In this document: piece after piece, positions 28,730 through 38,271 of the stretch | Layout: the number at the start of each line of letters is the position of its first letter | How positions within the stretch are numbered: the first letter of the stretch is position 1 | Assembly (NCBI GenBank): GCA_017609605.1 | Contig: JAFCDO010000003.1 | Coordinates: 24,470 to 88,469, forward strand | Source of the DNA: Candidatus Parvarchaeota archaeon | Lineage (GTDB): Archaea > Nanobdellota > Nanobdellia > JAAOXT01 | Length of the DNA stretch: 64,000 nt | Direction of reading: 5' to 3' | Translations under genes and position numbers: made by a program | Notes under the pieces: model-generated | Seen by the model: the letters and a program-made list of their open reading frames with translations, nothing else | What the model was told of the DNA's origin: nothing | Databases searched by the model: none

Positions 28730-29616
28730 ATATGATGATCTTTGGAGGAAGTAACTACCAAAACCTTGCTGAAAGAGTTGCGCGACACGCGCGATACGAG
28801 CTAGGAGAACTATTCGTGAAAAGGTTCCCTGACAACGAAATCTACGTCAGACTCGTGTCCAACGTTGAAGGCAAGGATTGCACGATAATCCAATCAACAA
28901 GGACCAACGATGAATTAGTCGAATTAATCCTAATTTTAGACGCGCTAAAAGACATGAAAGCAAGAAAGATAACAGCAGTCGTCCCTTACCTCGGGTACGC
29001 CCGCCAAGACAAAAGGTCCAAACCAGGAGAAGCGCTTAGCGCGAAAACAGTTCTGAAACAAATAGACAATTATTCCGACCGAATACTAACCCTGAACTGC
29101 CACTTTCTCGACGAGGAAGGAGAGCACGACGTAAGCAAATACTTCGACCTCCAAGACCAAAAACTTGTCCTGAACAACTTGGACGCGTTCCCAATTCTGA
29201 CAGAATACTTCAAGGAAAAATTCGCTAAAGAAAACGTGATCATAATCTCTCCAGACAAAGGAGCGTTACAATACGCGGAGAAAGCCGCACGAATAATCGG
29301 GTGCGAGTTCGACCATTTGGAAAAGACAAGGATTTCAGCAAGAAAAGTGAAAATAGATGGAAAAAACTTGTCAGTGAAAGGTAAAGACGTGCTAATGCTT
29401 GATGATATAATATCCACTGGAGGAACAATCCTTGAAGCTGCAAAAGTGTTGAGGGAAGCCGGGGCGAAAAGCGTGAGGGCAGGATGCGTTCACGGGGTGT
29501 TCGCTGAAGGCATTGAAAACCTGCTTGAAGCGGTTGACGAGCTCGCGTGCACGAACACGCTGAACACTTCCGTCAGCGAAATCGATGTTTCTGAACTCAT
29601 CGCTAGGAATATCTAA
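28726..29616 (+). CDS. prs: Ribose-phosphate pyrophosphokinase
   Basis: FPDNEIYVR, PYLGYARQD, DDIISTGGT. Confidence 0.96.
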   Translation: MNMMIFGGSNYQNLAERVARHARYELGELFVKRFPDNEIYVRLVSNVEGKDCTIIQSTRTNDELVELILILDALKDMKARKITAVVPYLGYARQDKRSKPGEALSAKTVLKQIDNYSDRILTLNCHFLDEEGEHDVSKYFDLQDQKLVLNNLDAFPILTEYFKEKFAKENVIIISPDKGALQYAEKAARIIGCEFDHLEKTRISARKVKIDGKNLSVKGKDVLMLDDIISTGGTILEAAKVLREAGAKSVRAGCVHGVFAEGIENLLEAVDELACTNTLNTSVSEIDVSELIARNI

Positions 29617-29669
29617 AAAACGTTAAAAAACGAAATCATTATAAAGCCTCTCAAAACCCATTTTTTAGA

Positions 29670-30314
29670 ATGGATAATACTTTAGAACTCTGGCTTGCGG
29701 GCAGACTCCGGCCAACCAGAAGAAAAGATGACAGCAGCGAAGTCAATCTTGAAGAAATAATGCAACCAATTTTGCATTGGAGCAGCTTCCCAAAAATCCT
29801 TGAAACAGATAATCCTGAAATACATATTAGACTGAAACGAAACCGCGACCTGGATTTAACAGACGTTTCTGAAAAATTCACCCCAGTTCTATCTTCATTG
29901 AACACGCTTGTCAGTCTTTATGACCACACACAAAAACCTGTTCAAGAAGAAACAATAGAATACAAACTTGACAAAAAAATGATAGCAATACCAGTTATAA
30001 CAGGAATCTCAACATTCATCCTTTCTACAGCCATGGGTTTTGATCCTTTAACCTCAGGAATTAATTCAGTTGGTTTAGGATCAGTAACTGTTTCTGCTTA
30101 CGCGTGTTATTTATCTCGACAAACATTGAAACAAACACAAAAACCCGTAAAAAAATACTTCAAATCTTTAAGGGATTATTGGAATTTCCACGAGTCCTTA
30201 ACAGATGAGAACCCTAACACATATATCATGAAGCTCATTTCTGAAAACGCTCATAACATTGGAAGCATTAAATTCTTAAGCGACGACCCCAAAATAACCC
30301 TGATTGATACATGA
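29670..30314 (+). CDS. Hypothetical membrane protein
   Basis: Central hydrophobic hairpin; TTATAAA at 29639-29645. Confidence 0.6.
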   Translation: MDNTLELWLAGRLRPTRRKDDSSEVNLEEIMQPILHWSSFPKILETDNPEIHIRLKRNRDLDLTDVSEKFTPVLSSLNTLVSLYDHTQKPVQEETIEYKLDKKMIAIPVITGISTFILSTAMGFDPLTSGINSVGLGSVTVSAYACYLSRQTLKQTQKPVKKYFKSLRDYWNFHESLTDENPNTYIMKLISENAHNIGSIKFLSDDPKITLIDT

Positions 30315-31321
30315 AGACCCTGCTAAACAAGTACACGAACAGGCCCATCCTGATAATTGACGAACAGTCCAGAGTTCCGTTAATGGGTCACAACGCCTTC
30401 GGAATCATAGACCGTGGGACTAACATGATAGAACTCAGACCGATAAGCGGTTGTAACCTGAACTGCGTTTTCTGCAGCGTGGACGAAGGCAAAAACTCGC
30501 GAACCCGAGTCACTGACTACATGGTAGAAACAAAATATCTTACCAAAGAACTCAAAAAATTATTGGAGTATAAAGGACAAGACACTTACCAAATCTTTGT
30601 ATCCGGGCAGGGCGAACCCTTAACCCACCCAGACATCATCAACCTTATCAAACAAGTTTCAAACATTAAAAACGTTGAAAAAACCATAATCCAAACCAAC
30701 GCAATCCTATTAGACGAAGAACTCCTAGAACAACTAATCCTTGCAGGGCTCACAGGACTAAGCGTATCAATAAACTCTCTCAAACCAGAAACAGCTCGAA
30801 TGATGAGCGGAACCAAAGAATACAACCTCCAAAAAGTGCTTGAAGTAACTGAGCTGGCAGTCAAAAAAAAGGTTAAAGTCATGCTCGCCCCAGTCATTAT
30901 TGACGGGGTGAACTACGACGAAATAGAAGACCTAGTGCTCTACGCTAAAAAAATAGGGGCGCAAATAGGGATGCAAAACTACCTCAAATACAGGTTTGGC
31001 AGACCACTCAAAAAAAAACAAATACCTTTCCCAAAATTTTTCAAAAAACTCGAAGAACTTCAGAAAAAACACGAAATCAAGTTAATCATGACTGCAGAAC
31101 ACTTAGGCATTCACAAATCCAAACAATTACCTAACCCGTTCAAAAAAGGAGAAATAATCCAAACCCGGATAAAAGGACCTGGCAGAATGAAAAACAACGC
31201 CTTAGGCGTGGCCAAAGAAAGATCCATGGAAATATTAGATTGCAAGCCGTCAGTAGGAAAAGTCGTTAAAGCCAGAGTCATAACAAGAAAACATAATCTT
31301 ATAAATGTCAAGAAAGCCTAA
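30311..31321 (+). CDS. Radical SAM protein with C-terminal TRAM-like domain
   Basis: CNLNCVFC motif, GQGEP; basic beta-rich C-terminus. Confidence 0.88.
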   Translation: MKTLLNKYTNRPILIIDEQSRVPLMGHNAFGIIDRGTNMIELRPISGCNLNCVFCSVDEGKNSRTRVTDYMVETKYLTKELKKLLEYKGQDTYQIFVSGQGEPLTHPDIINLIKQVSNIKNVEKTIIQTNAILLDEELLEQLILAGLTGLSVSINSLKPETARMMSGTKEYNLQKVLEVTELAVKKKVKVMLAPVIIDGVNYDEIEDLVLYAKKIGAQIGMQNYLKYRFGRPLKKKQIPFPKFFKKLEELQKKHEIKLIMTAEHLGIHKSKQLPNPFKKGEIIQTRIKGPGRMKNNALGVAKERSMEILDCKPSVGKVVKARVITRKHNLINVKKA

Positions 31322-31331
31322 CAATAAAATC

Positions 31332-32816
31332 ATGAAAACGCTGGAAGAAGTCGCAGGTTTTTTCAAAAGAAAAGGAATAATATTCTCTTCAGGAAGCATT
31401 TACGGCGGGTACAACGGGTTCTGGGACTGGGGGCCGCTCGGAGTCCAGATTAAAAGAAACGTTACTAACGCTTGGTGGAGAACCTTTGTCGAAAACCGTG
31501 ATGACATTGTAGGAATCGACGGCTCAATAATAACGCACCCTAAAGTGTGGAAAGCAAGCGGTCACGTGGATGGGTTCACAGACCCGTTAGTGGATTGCAA
31601 GAAATGCAAGAAACGCTGGAGAGCGGACAACTTAGTGGAAGACGCTACTGGCAAACCCTCGGACGGGCTCAAAGCCCAAGCCTTGGACAAAAACATCAAA
31701 AGCAAAGGCATAAAATGCCCTTCATGCAAAGGAGAACTAACAGAAACTAAGGTTTTCAACCTCATGTTCAAAACCAGTGTAGGACCCGTGGAAACAGAAT
31801 CTTCAACCGCGTACCTGCGCCCCGAAACAGCTCAATCCATTTTCGCTGACTTTAAACCCGTCCTTGACTCGACCAGGGTTAAACTCCCGTTTGGTATAGC
31901 TCAGATTGGAAAAGCTTTCAGGAATGAGATAAGCCCGCGCAACTTCATTTTCAGGGACAGGGAATTTGAACAAATGGAAATAGAGTTCTTCGTCCATCCG
32001 AAAAGGCTGAACAATGTTCCGGACTTCAAGCAAGTCGAAAACCTAAGCATGAACGTGCTTCCAGAAAAAGAGCAGAAAAAAAACAAGCCAAAAACGTTCA
32101 AATCCAAAACCAAAGAACTATTCGCAAAAAAAATCATTAAGAATAAATGGCAGGCTTACTGGATAGCTTTGGATTACAAATGGCTATTGGACATGGGAAT
32201 CAAGCCAGAAAACCTGAGGATAAGACAACACATCAAAGACGAGCTATCACACTACGCGAGCGACAACTGGGACATAGACTACAACTACCTCGGCAAGTGG
32301 AGAGAGCTTCAAGGCCACGCCGACCGCTCCCAATACGACCTAACCCAGCACGAGAAACACTCTGGGAAAAAATTATCATACTTTGATGAGGAAACAGGGG
32401 AACGAGTCATTCCTTACGTTGCGTGCGAGCCAAGCATGGGGGTTGAAAGATTAATCATGGCAATAATTCTCGACGCTTACAAAGAAGAAAAGGAAAGAAC
32501 TGTCCTCAAACTAAAACCTTTAATCGCTCCTTATCAAATCGCGGTTTTCCCACTAGTATCCAAGGACAAGCTTCCAGAAAAAGCAGAACAAGTTTATCAG
32601 GAGCTCAAAAAAACTTTCAGAACGTTCTACGACGAGCCGGGAAGCATTGGGCGAAGGTACAGGAGACAGGACGAGTCCGGAACCCCGTACTGCATTACAG
32701 TGGACTATCAAACCATGAAAGACGACACGGTAACCGTCAGGGACAGGGACTCCATGAAACAAGAAAGAGTTAAGATAAAAGAGCTAGCACAAAAAATAAC
32801 GGGATTAATGAATTAA
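31332..32816 (+). CDS. glyS: Glycine--tRNA ligase
   Basis: YLRPETAQ, FRNEISPR, REFEQME, GSIGRRYRRQDE. Confidence 0.96.
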   Translation: MKTLEEVAGFFKRKGIIFSSGSIYGGYNGFWDWGPLGVQIKRNVTNAWWRTFVENRDDIVGIDGSIITHPKVWKASGHVDGFTDPLVDCKKCKKRWRADNLVEDATGKPSDGLKAQALDKNIKSKGIKCPSCKGELTETKVFNLMFKTSVGPVETESSTAYLRPETAQSIFADFKPVLDSTRVKLPFGIAQIGKAFRNEISPRNFIFRDREFEQMEIEFFVHPKRLNNVPDFKQVENLSMNVLPEKEQKKNKPKTFKSKTKELFAKKIIKNKWQAYWIALDYKWLLDMGIKPENLRIRQHIKDELSHYASDNWDIDYNYLGKWRELQGHADRSQYDLTQHEKHSGKKLSYFDEETGERVIPYVACEPSMGVERLIMAIILDAYKEEKERTVLKLKPLIAPYQIAVFPLVSKDKLPEKAEQVYQELKKTFRTFYDEPGSIGRRYRRQDESGTPYCITVDYQTMKDDTVTVRDRDSMKQERVKIKELAQKITGLMN

Positions 32817-33677
32817 CCTCCCGCAGAGTTTATGAAATCCTCTTCGGGAATTTTCTCACTGATTACTGGCATAATCATTTGTACGCCATTATTCACGTCT
32901 TCACTTATCTTAAAAACAGCGGGTTCGAACAACCCCCAACTTTCAGGAAGCTTCCTCACCTTAGAAGGAGCCAGGTTAATCACGATGGGCTCCGTGTTAA
33001 AATCAGGGCATTCCATAAAAATCGCTCTTAACTCAAAAACAGGCAACAACAAATCTTTATTCATTTCTTCATCTTCATCCGATTTAGGGCTGGAAGTCCA
33101 GGGCAATGAAGTTCCCCCTAAATTCGTGAAAAAAACGTGGTTATCGGTTATTAATTTCATGCTGGAAGTCGGGCCTATCAAACTTGTTTCGCTAGAAATC
33201 CCGCTTTGACCGCTGATCATGTAACCCGCAAAACAAGTCACCCCATTTAGTTGAGAATAATTTTTAATACGTTTCAAAATTCTTCCCAGATTCGGGTCAG
33301 CGTTGAAGTGAAAAAACTCTTCAATTATGATAACGTCAATATCTTTAATTAAAGCGTCAATGGATTTACCGCCATTAACGGATTCGAACCTGTCATCATC
33401 CCTTTTGGTTTCAGGCATCAACCTATAAAAATCAACTTCTTCTAAATGTTTTTGACCGTAAACTTCGCCGTTCCTTAAAATTTTTTCGGGCTCGTTTAGA
33501 GTGGATATGTATGCAACGCTAACCATTGCTAACAGCCTTGTCAGCAATCTCTCTAAGCAAGACATCTGGTTTATAATGATTCCAAGAAAATGTTGTGAAA
33601 GAACCTTTCAAAAAGTGCAAAGAGTGCTCGTCAATAAAATCAATACCTGTTTTATAAAATAAATCGTCAATTCCCAT
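32813..33677 (-). pseudogene. Frameshifted, degenerate RecA/KaiC(Rad55)-fold ATPase-like gene
   Basis: Upstream 52-aa ORF 33677-33519 (TGIDFIDE..LKGSFTTFS..KAVSNG) continues in another frame as SVAYISTLNEPEKI...IDVIIIEE...; RecA-like order of motifs. Confidence 0.55.
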
Positions 33678-33781
33678 TATCGTTTAACCCTATTAATTGA
33701 AGAAATGAAGAAATAGTTTAAAAGCATTGCTGTTTTATTAAACAAACTCTTAAAAAAAATGATTACCTTTAAAAAAGAAAG

Positions 33782-35263
33782 ATGAAGAGCGCGGAAACCC
33801 TATCAAGCGATGAAAGAACAATCCTAAGCAATGCTAAAAACAAAGACACGATCAAAACCCTAACAGAGAAAACAGGATTAAAAGAATCCAAGGTGCGAAG
33901 AGCGGTTGAATGGCTGAAATACAAAGGAATGCTTGACACAACCAAAAAAACCAGAAAAATCGTTAATCTAGGCGCTAACGGCAAACAATACTTAAAAAAA
34001 AGTTTGCCTGAACAAAGATTCCTTGAAGCAGGAGAACACGGCCTAAATAAGGTTAGAGAAAAAGCAGGGTTAAGCGCGGAAGAATTCAATTACTCTTTAG
34101 GATTCCTAAAAAAAGGCAAGGTTATCAGCATAGACAAAGGAATAGTCAAAATCTTGAACAAGAAAAAAATAAAAGAACTTGAAAAAACTCGAAAAACATT
34201 AAAAACCTTAGATAACGTTTACTACTCTTCTTTGAACAAAGAAAAACAAAAAATTGTTGATGCACTGATTAAAAGAAAAGACATTCTCGTCATAAACGAG
34301 GAGTCAGAACAAATAATAACTCTAACCAAAAAAGGTTTGAAAGCCAAGAAAACGGTTGGCCAAAAAAAGTTCATTGAAAAACTAACACCCAATATCATAC
34401 GATCCGGTGAGTGGAAAACCAGTCAGATGAGGGCTTACGACATAAGCGCTCCAGCACCAAAAATTTTTGCGGGAAAAAACCATCCTTACACTTTATTCAT
34501 AGAAGAACTGAAAGAAACTTTGGTCAGCATGGGTTTCGAAGAAATGGAAGGTCCTTTGATCGAAAAATCATTGTACAATTGCGACGCTTTGTTCATGCCC
34601 CAAGACCATAACGCTCGAGGAATACATGACATATTCTTTACCCAATCACCAAAACATTGCAAGACGTTGCCAGATATCAAGAACTTGAAATCCGTTCATC
34701 AGGACGGCTGGACAACTGGTTCCAAAGGATGGGGAATAAAGTTCAGCGAAGAAATGTGCAAAAGATTAGTGTTCCGCTCACAAGGAACAGCTCTTAGCGC
34801 TAGAACAATGATGAACCAGCCAAAAATTCCGGGCAGGTATTTCGCAGTGGCAAAATGCTTCAGACCAGATGTAATAGACTTCAAACACAACATTGAATTC
34901 AACCAAGTTGAAGGAATCGTGCTGGACAAAAACCTTAACCTAAAAACCTTGTTAGGCATGCTGAAAATGTTCGCCGAAAAAGTTGCTAACGCTAAACAAG
35001 TCAAATACGTTCCAGGATATTTCCCTTTCACTGAGCCAAGCGTGGAAATAATGGCAAAAGTGCCTGGCATAGGATGGATAGAGCTCGGAGGCTCAGGAAT
35101 ATTCAGGCCAGAAGTCACTCAACCCCTTGGAATAAAAGTTCCAGTCATAGCTTGGGGCCTGGGTTTGGACAGGTTGTTCATGATAAAAGAAGGAATATCC
35201 GACATCAGGGACCTGTTCACGCAAGACCTTGACTGGCTCAGAAGCAGAGAGGTGAGAAGCTAG
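33782..35263 (+). CDS. pheS: Phenylalanine--tRNA ligase alpha subunit
   Basis: DALFMPQDHNAR, YFPFTEPS, AWGLGLDRL. Confidence 0.96.
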   Translation: MKSAETLSSDERTILSNAKNKDTIKTLTEKTGLKESKVRRAVEWLKYKGMLDTTKKTRKIVNLGANGKQYLKKSLPEQRFLEAGEHGLNKVREKAGLSAEEFNYSLGFLKKGKVISIDKGIVKILNKKKIKELEKTRKTLKTLDNVYYSSLNKEKQKIVDALIKRKDILVINEESEQIITLTKKGLKAKKTVGQKKFIEKLTPNIIRSGEWKTSQMRAYDISAPAPKIFAGKNHPYTLFIEELKETLVSMGFEEMEGPLIEKSLYNCDALFMPQDHNARGIHDIFFTQSPKHCKTLPDIKNLKSVHQDGWTTGSKGWGIKFSEEMCKRLVFRSQGTALSARTMMNQPKIPGRYFAVAKCFRPDVIDFKHNIEFNQVEGIVLDKNLNLKTLLGMLKMFAEKVANAKQVKYVPGYFPFTEPSVEIMAKVPGIGWIELGGSGIFRPEVTQPLGIKVPVIAWGLGLDRLFMIKEGISDIRDLFTQDLDWLRSREVRS

Positions 35264-35265
35264 AA

Positions 35266-36900
35266 ATGCCGACCATCGAGATAAGCAAAAAAGACTTGGA
35301 ACAACTAATAGGCAAAAAACTGCCTGAAAACAAAGAAGAACTCTTCTTCAAGATTAAAGCAGAAGTGGAAAAAGAAGTGGGCGACACCATAACCCTGGAA
35401 TTAAATGACACTAACCGCGTCGACCTATGGAGCGTGGAAGGAATTGCCCGCGAACTAAAAGGACACTTAGGCGTTGACGAAGGAATAAAAAGGTACAAGG
35501 CAAGAAAATCAAAATATGTCATAAACGCTGGCGAAATCAAAGTAAGACCTTACATTGCGGCGTGCGTGGTCAAAGGAGTTGAACTAAACAACCACATAAT
35601 CAAACAACTAATGCAGCAGCAAGAAAAAATAGACTCTACTTACGGCAGAACGAGAAAAAAAACGTCCATCGGCTTATACAACCTTGATGCACTAACTTTT
35701 CCATTAACCTACGATGAAGCTAGCCAAGACACCGAATTCGTTCCATTAGGGTTCAAACAAAAAATGAGTTTAAAACAAATACTCAAAAGACATCCCAAAG
35801 GCGTGGCCTACGCTCACATCCTAGAAGGAGTGGACAAGCCGCCCTTGTTCACGGACGCGACAGGAAAAATCCTGTCAATGCCCCCAATAATCAATTCCAG
35901 CGAGCTCGGCCAAATCAAGCCAGAGCACACTAACTTGTTAGTGGAAGTCACTGGGACCAATGAAGAAGCAGTGAGAAACGTTCTAACCTTAATAACCACT
36001 TCCTTATTCGACAGGGGGGGAACCTTGTACGACGTGACTATCAAGTACAGCAATAGGAGAAGTATTACTCCAGTCTTCGAAAACACGTCACTACGAGTAA
36101 AACCAGAAGAAATCAACAAAGAACTGGGGCTTGAACTAGAACCTGAAGAAATAGTTGAGATTCTCAGAAAAATGAGGTACAACGCGTTCAGCAGAGGAAA
36201 AATTATAGACGTGCAAGTCTCGAGTTACAGGGTTGACGTTATCCACCCAGTGGACGTCACTGAAGACGTGGCGATAGCTTTCGGTTATGATAAAATAGAG
36301 CCTGAAATGCCCAAAGCGTTCACTGTAGGAGGGGTCAGCAAGAATACCAAGCAGGAAAGACTGCTCCGAAAACTTTTCACGAGCATGGGCTGCCAAGAAA
36401 TCAGGAACATGGTTCTCACAAACACGGAAAAACTATTCGAAAAAATGAACGCGAAAAAAAGCAAGTTCATAGAAATAGAAAACCCTGTGAACGAATCCTA
36501 CACTTGCGCGCGCAACGCCTTACTGCCAGGACTCGTTAACACACTGTCAAAAAACACTCACGCTGAATACCCTCAAAAAATCTTCGAAGTAGGTCCAGTG
36601 ATAAGAACATCATCGAATGAAACGGGTTCGAAAACCAAGACGAGCGCCGGCATGTGCGTGGCGTCCAAAGAAACAAGTTTCAGCGAGATAAAACAGCACT
36701 TGGACTGGTTCATGAAATCTCGAGGAATCAAATACTCGTTGAAACCGTCCAAGAACAAGGCGTTCATAGAAGGTCGCTGCGGAGAAATAATTGTCAAAAA
36801 CAGAAGCGTTGGAATAATTGGGGAAGTGCATCCAGCGGTTCTTAAGAACAATCAATTAAAAATGCCGGTAACTTGCTTTGAAGTGACCAAAAATGGGTAA
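35266..36900 (+). CDS. pheT: Phenylalanine--tRNA ligase beta subunit
   Basis: MPTIE, NRVDLWSVEGIAR, SMPPIINS, EDVAIAFGY. Confidence 0.96.
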   Translation: MPTIEISKKDLEQLIGKKLPENKEELFFKIKAEVEKEVGDTITLELNDTNRVDLWSVEGIARELKGHLGVDEGIKRYKARKSKYVINAGEIKVRPYIAACVVKGVELNNHIIKQLMQQQEKIDSTYGRTRKKTSIGLYNLDALTFPLTYDEASQDTEFVPLGFKQKMSLKQILKRHPKGVAYAHILEGVDKPPLFTDATGKILSMPPIINSSELGQIKPEHTNLLVEVTGTNEEAVRNVLTLITTSLFDRGGTLYDVTIKYSNRRSITPVFENTSLRVKPEEINKELGLELEPEEIVEILRKMRYNAFSRGKIIDVQVSSYRVDVIHPVDVTEDVAIAFGYDKIEPEMPKAFTVGGVSKNTKQERLLRKLFTSMGCQEIRNMVLTNTEKLFEKMNAKKSKFIEIENPVNESYTCARNALLPGLVNTLSKNTHAEYPQKIFEVGPVIRTSSNETGSKTKTSAGMCVASKETSFSEIKQHLDWFMKSRGIKYSLKPSKNKAFIEGRCGEIIVKNRSVGIIGEVHPAVLKNNQLKMPVTCFEVTKNG

Positions 36901-37297
36901 GAGAAGAGGAAGCAACGCTGAAAGAGAGCTTGCTAAAAAGTTTTATGAAAAAGGTTTCGCGGTCCTGCGCGTAGCTGGAAGCGGTGCCGCCCAATACCCC
37001 ACTCCGGACCTGCTGGTCATGAAAGATGACATGGTTTTGGCTATTGAGTGCAAGATGCGTAAACAACCCTTCATTTATTTGACGGAAGGGGACGTGCAAA
37101 CCCTTAAAGCATTTAGGGATAGGGCGGGCTGCGAAGCGTACTTCGCCATCAAGTTTTTGAAGCACGGCTGGCACTTTTATCCCTTGCAAGAAGTGATTGA
37201 CCAAGGCAAACCCTACAAAATCTTGTTAAAAGAAGCAGGCGCGGCCCTAACAATACATCATTTCGTGAACGGCATGCGACAAAAAAAACTGGTTTAA
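36893..37297 (+). CDS. hjc: Holliday junction resolvase Hjc
   Basis: GSNAEREL, GFAVLRVAGSG, PDL, IECK. Confidence 0.93.
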   Translation: MGKRRGSNAERELAKKFYEKGFAVLRVAGSGAAQYPTPDLLVMKDDMVLAIECKMRKQPFIYLTEGDVQTLKAFRDRAGCEAYFAIKFLKHGWHFYPLQEVIDQGKPYKILLKEAGAALTIHHFVNGMRQKKLV

Positions 37298-37370
37298 GCC
37301 TTTGGTGAGATTTGAACTCACGACCCCCTGCTTACGAGGCAGGTGCTCTAAACCGCTGAGCTACAAAGGC
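37297..37370 (-). tRNA. tRNA-Thr(CGT)
   Basis: GCCTTTG acceptor stem, anticodon CGT, GTTCAAATC T-loop, U discriminator. Confidence 0.95.
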
Positions 37371-37407
37371 GCGTGAACAAAGAATTAGAGCAACGGTTTT
37401 AAAAACT

Positions 37408-38229
37408 TTATCTGTTCTCTCTACTCAAATAATCACTACCCTCTTTAAGAATATCCCACGCCTTCCTGACAGCGTCAGTTATCCCCTTCTTCACGTTTCT
37501 CTCTCTTTTCTTTTTGTGCTCGCCAATCACTTCAACAATTTTTTCAGCAGATTTCTCTTCTTCAACTTCATCGCTTGTGTCAACATCGGTAAATTCAACC
37601 CCGTCAAGCCCGACCTCGCCAAGATTCTCATTCGCTTCAACCAATGCTTCAAGGTTCTCCGTTATCTCCAATTCCTGGCCAGTCTCCTCAGACCTTTTCT
37701 TTGCTCTTTCATATGACTGTTCGGGAGGCGTTTTCATTCTAATGGCTAAACCTGGTTTTGGAAACAAAAAAGAAAAAGCGCGATAATACCAATTATCCTT
37801 TAATTTAGGGCCAAAATAAGTGATAGCGTCGAACAAGGGGTGGCGCTCCATCAAATAAACAACTTTTGAGGACGCGTTCGCCTTCTCCAGTTTCTTGAAA
37901 ATGTCATCCAAATAACCATTGGTTAAGTCATCAATTGAAATATTCCTCACTTCATTATCGGTCTTTCTGGCACTCCCTAACTCTGGCATTAAGGACAAAA
38001 AATCAAGGAAACCGAAAACAGCCGCGCGTTTCTTGCTCCCGCTAACTAAAAGGCCTCGCTGAACAGTTCCCCAAACCCCGTTGCTAGGAGTCTTAATGTG
38101 ATGAACTTCGTAACCTTTTGTCTCTAACTTTTTCTTCACGATTCTGGCTTGAGTGCTTTTACCACTCGCGTCTAAACCGTAAAGAACGAAAAGATTGTAA
38201 ATGGTGTTGAACCTTATGGATTCAAACAT
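37408..38229 (-). CDS. Thymidylate kinase-like P-loop protein (divergent)
   Basis: YGLDASGKST P-loop, LMERH, PKPGLAI; start taken at ATG 38229. Confidence 0.75.
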   Translation of the reverse strand: MFESIRFNTIYNLFVLYGLDASGKSTQARIVKKKLETKGYEVHHIKTPSNGVWGTVQRGLLVSGSKKRAAVFGFLDFLSLMPELGSARKTDNEVRNISIDDLTNGYLDDIFKKLEKANASSKVVYLMERHPLFDAITYFGPKLKDNWYYRAFSFLFPKPGLAIRMKTPPEQSYERAKKRSEETGQELEITENLEALVEANENLGEVGLDGVEFTDVDTSDEVEEEKSAEKIVEVIGEHKKKRERNVKKGITDAVRKAWDILKEGSDYLSRENR

Positions 38230-38271
38230 GATGCCAATTTTAGATCTACCTCTTTTTAACTCTTTCATAAC

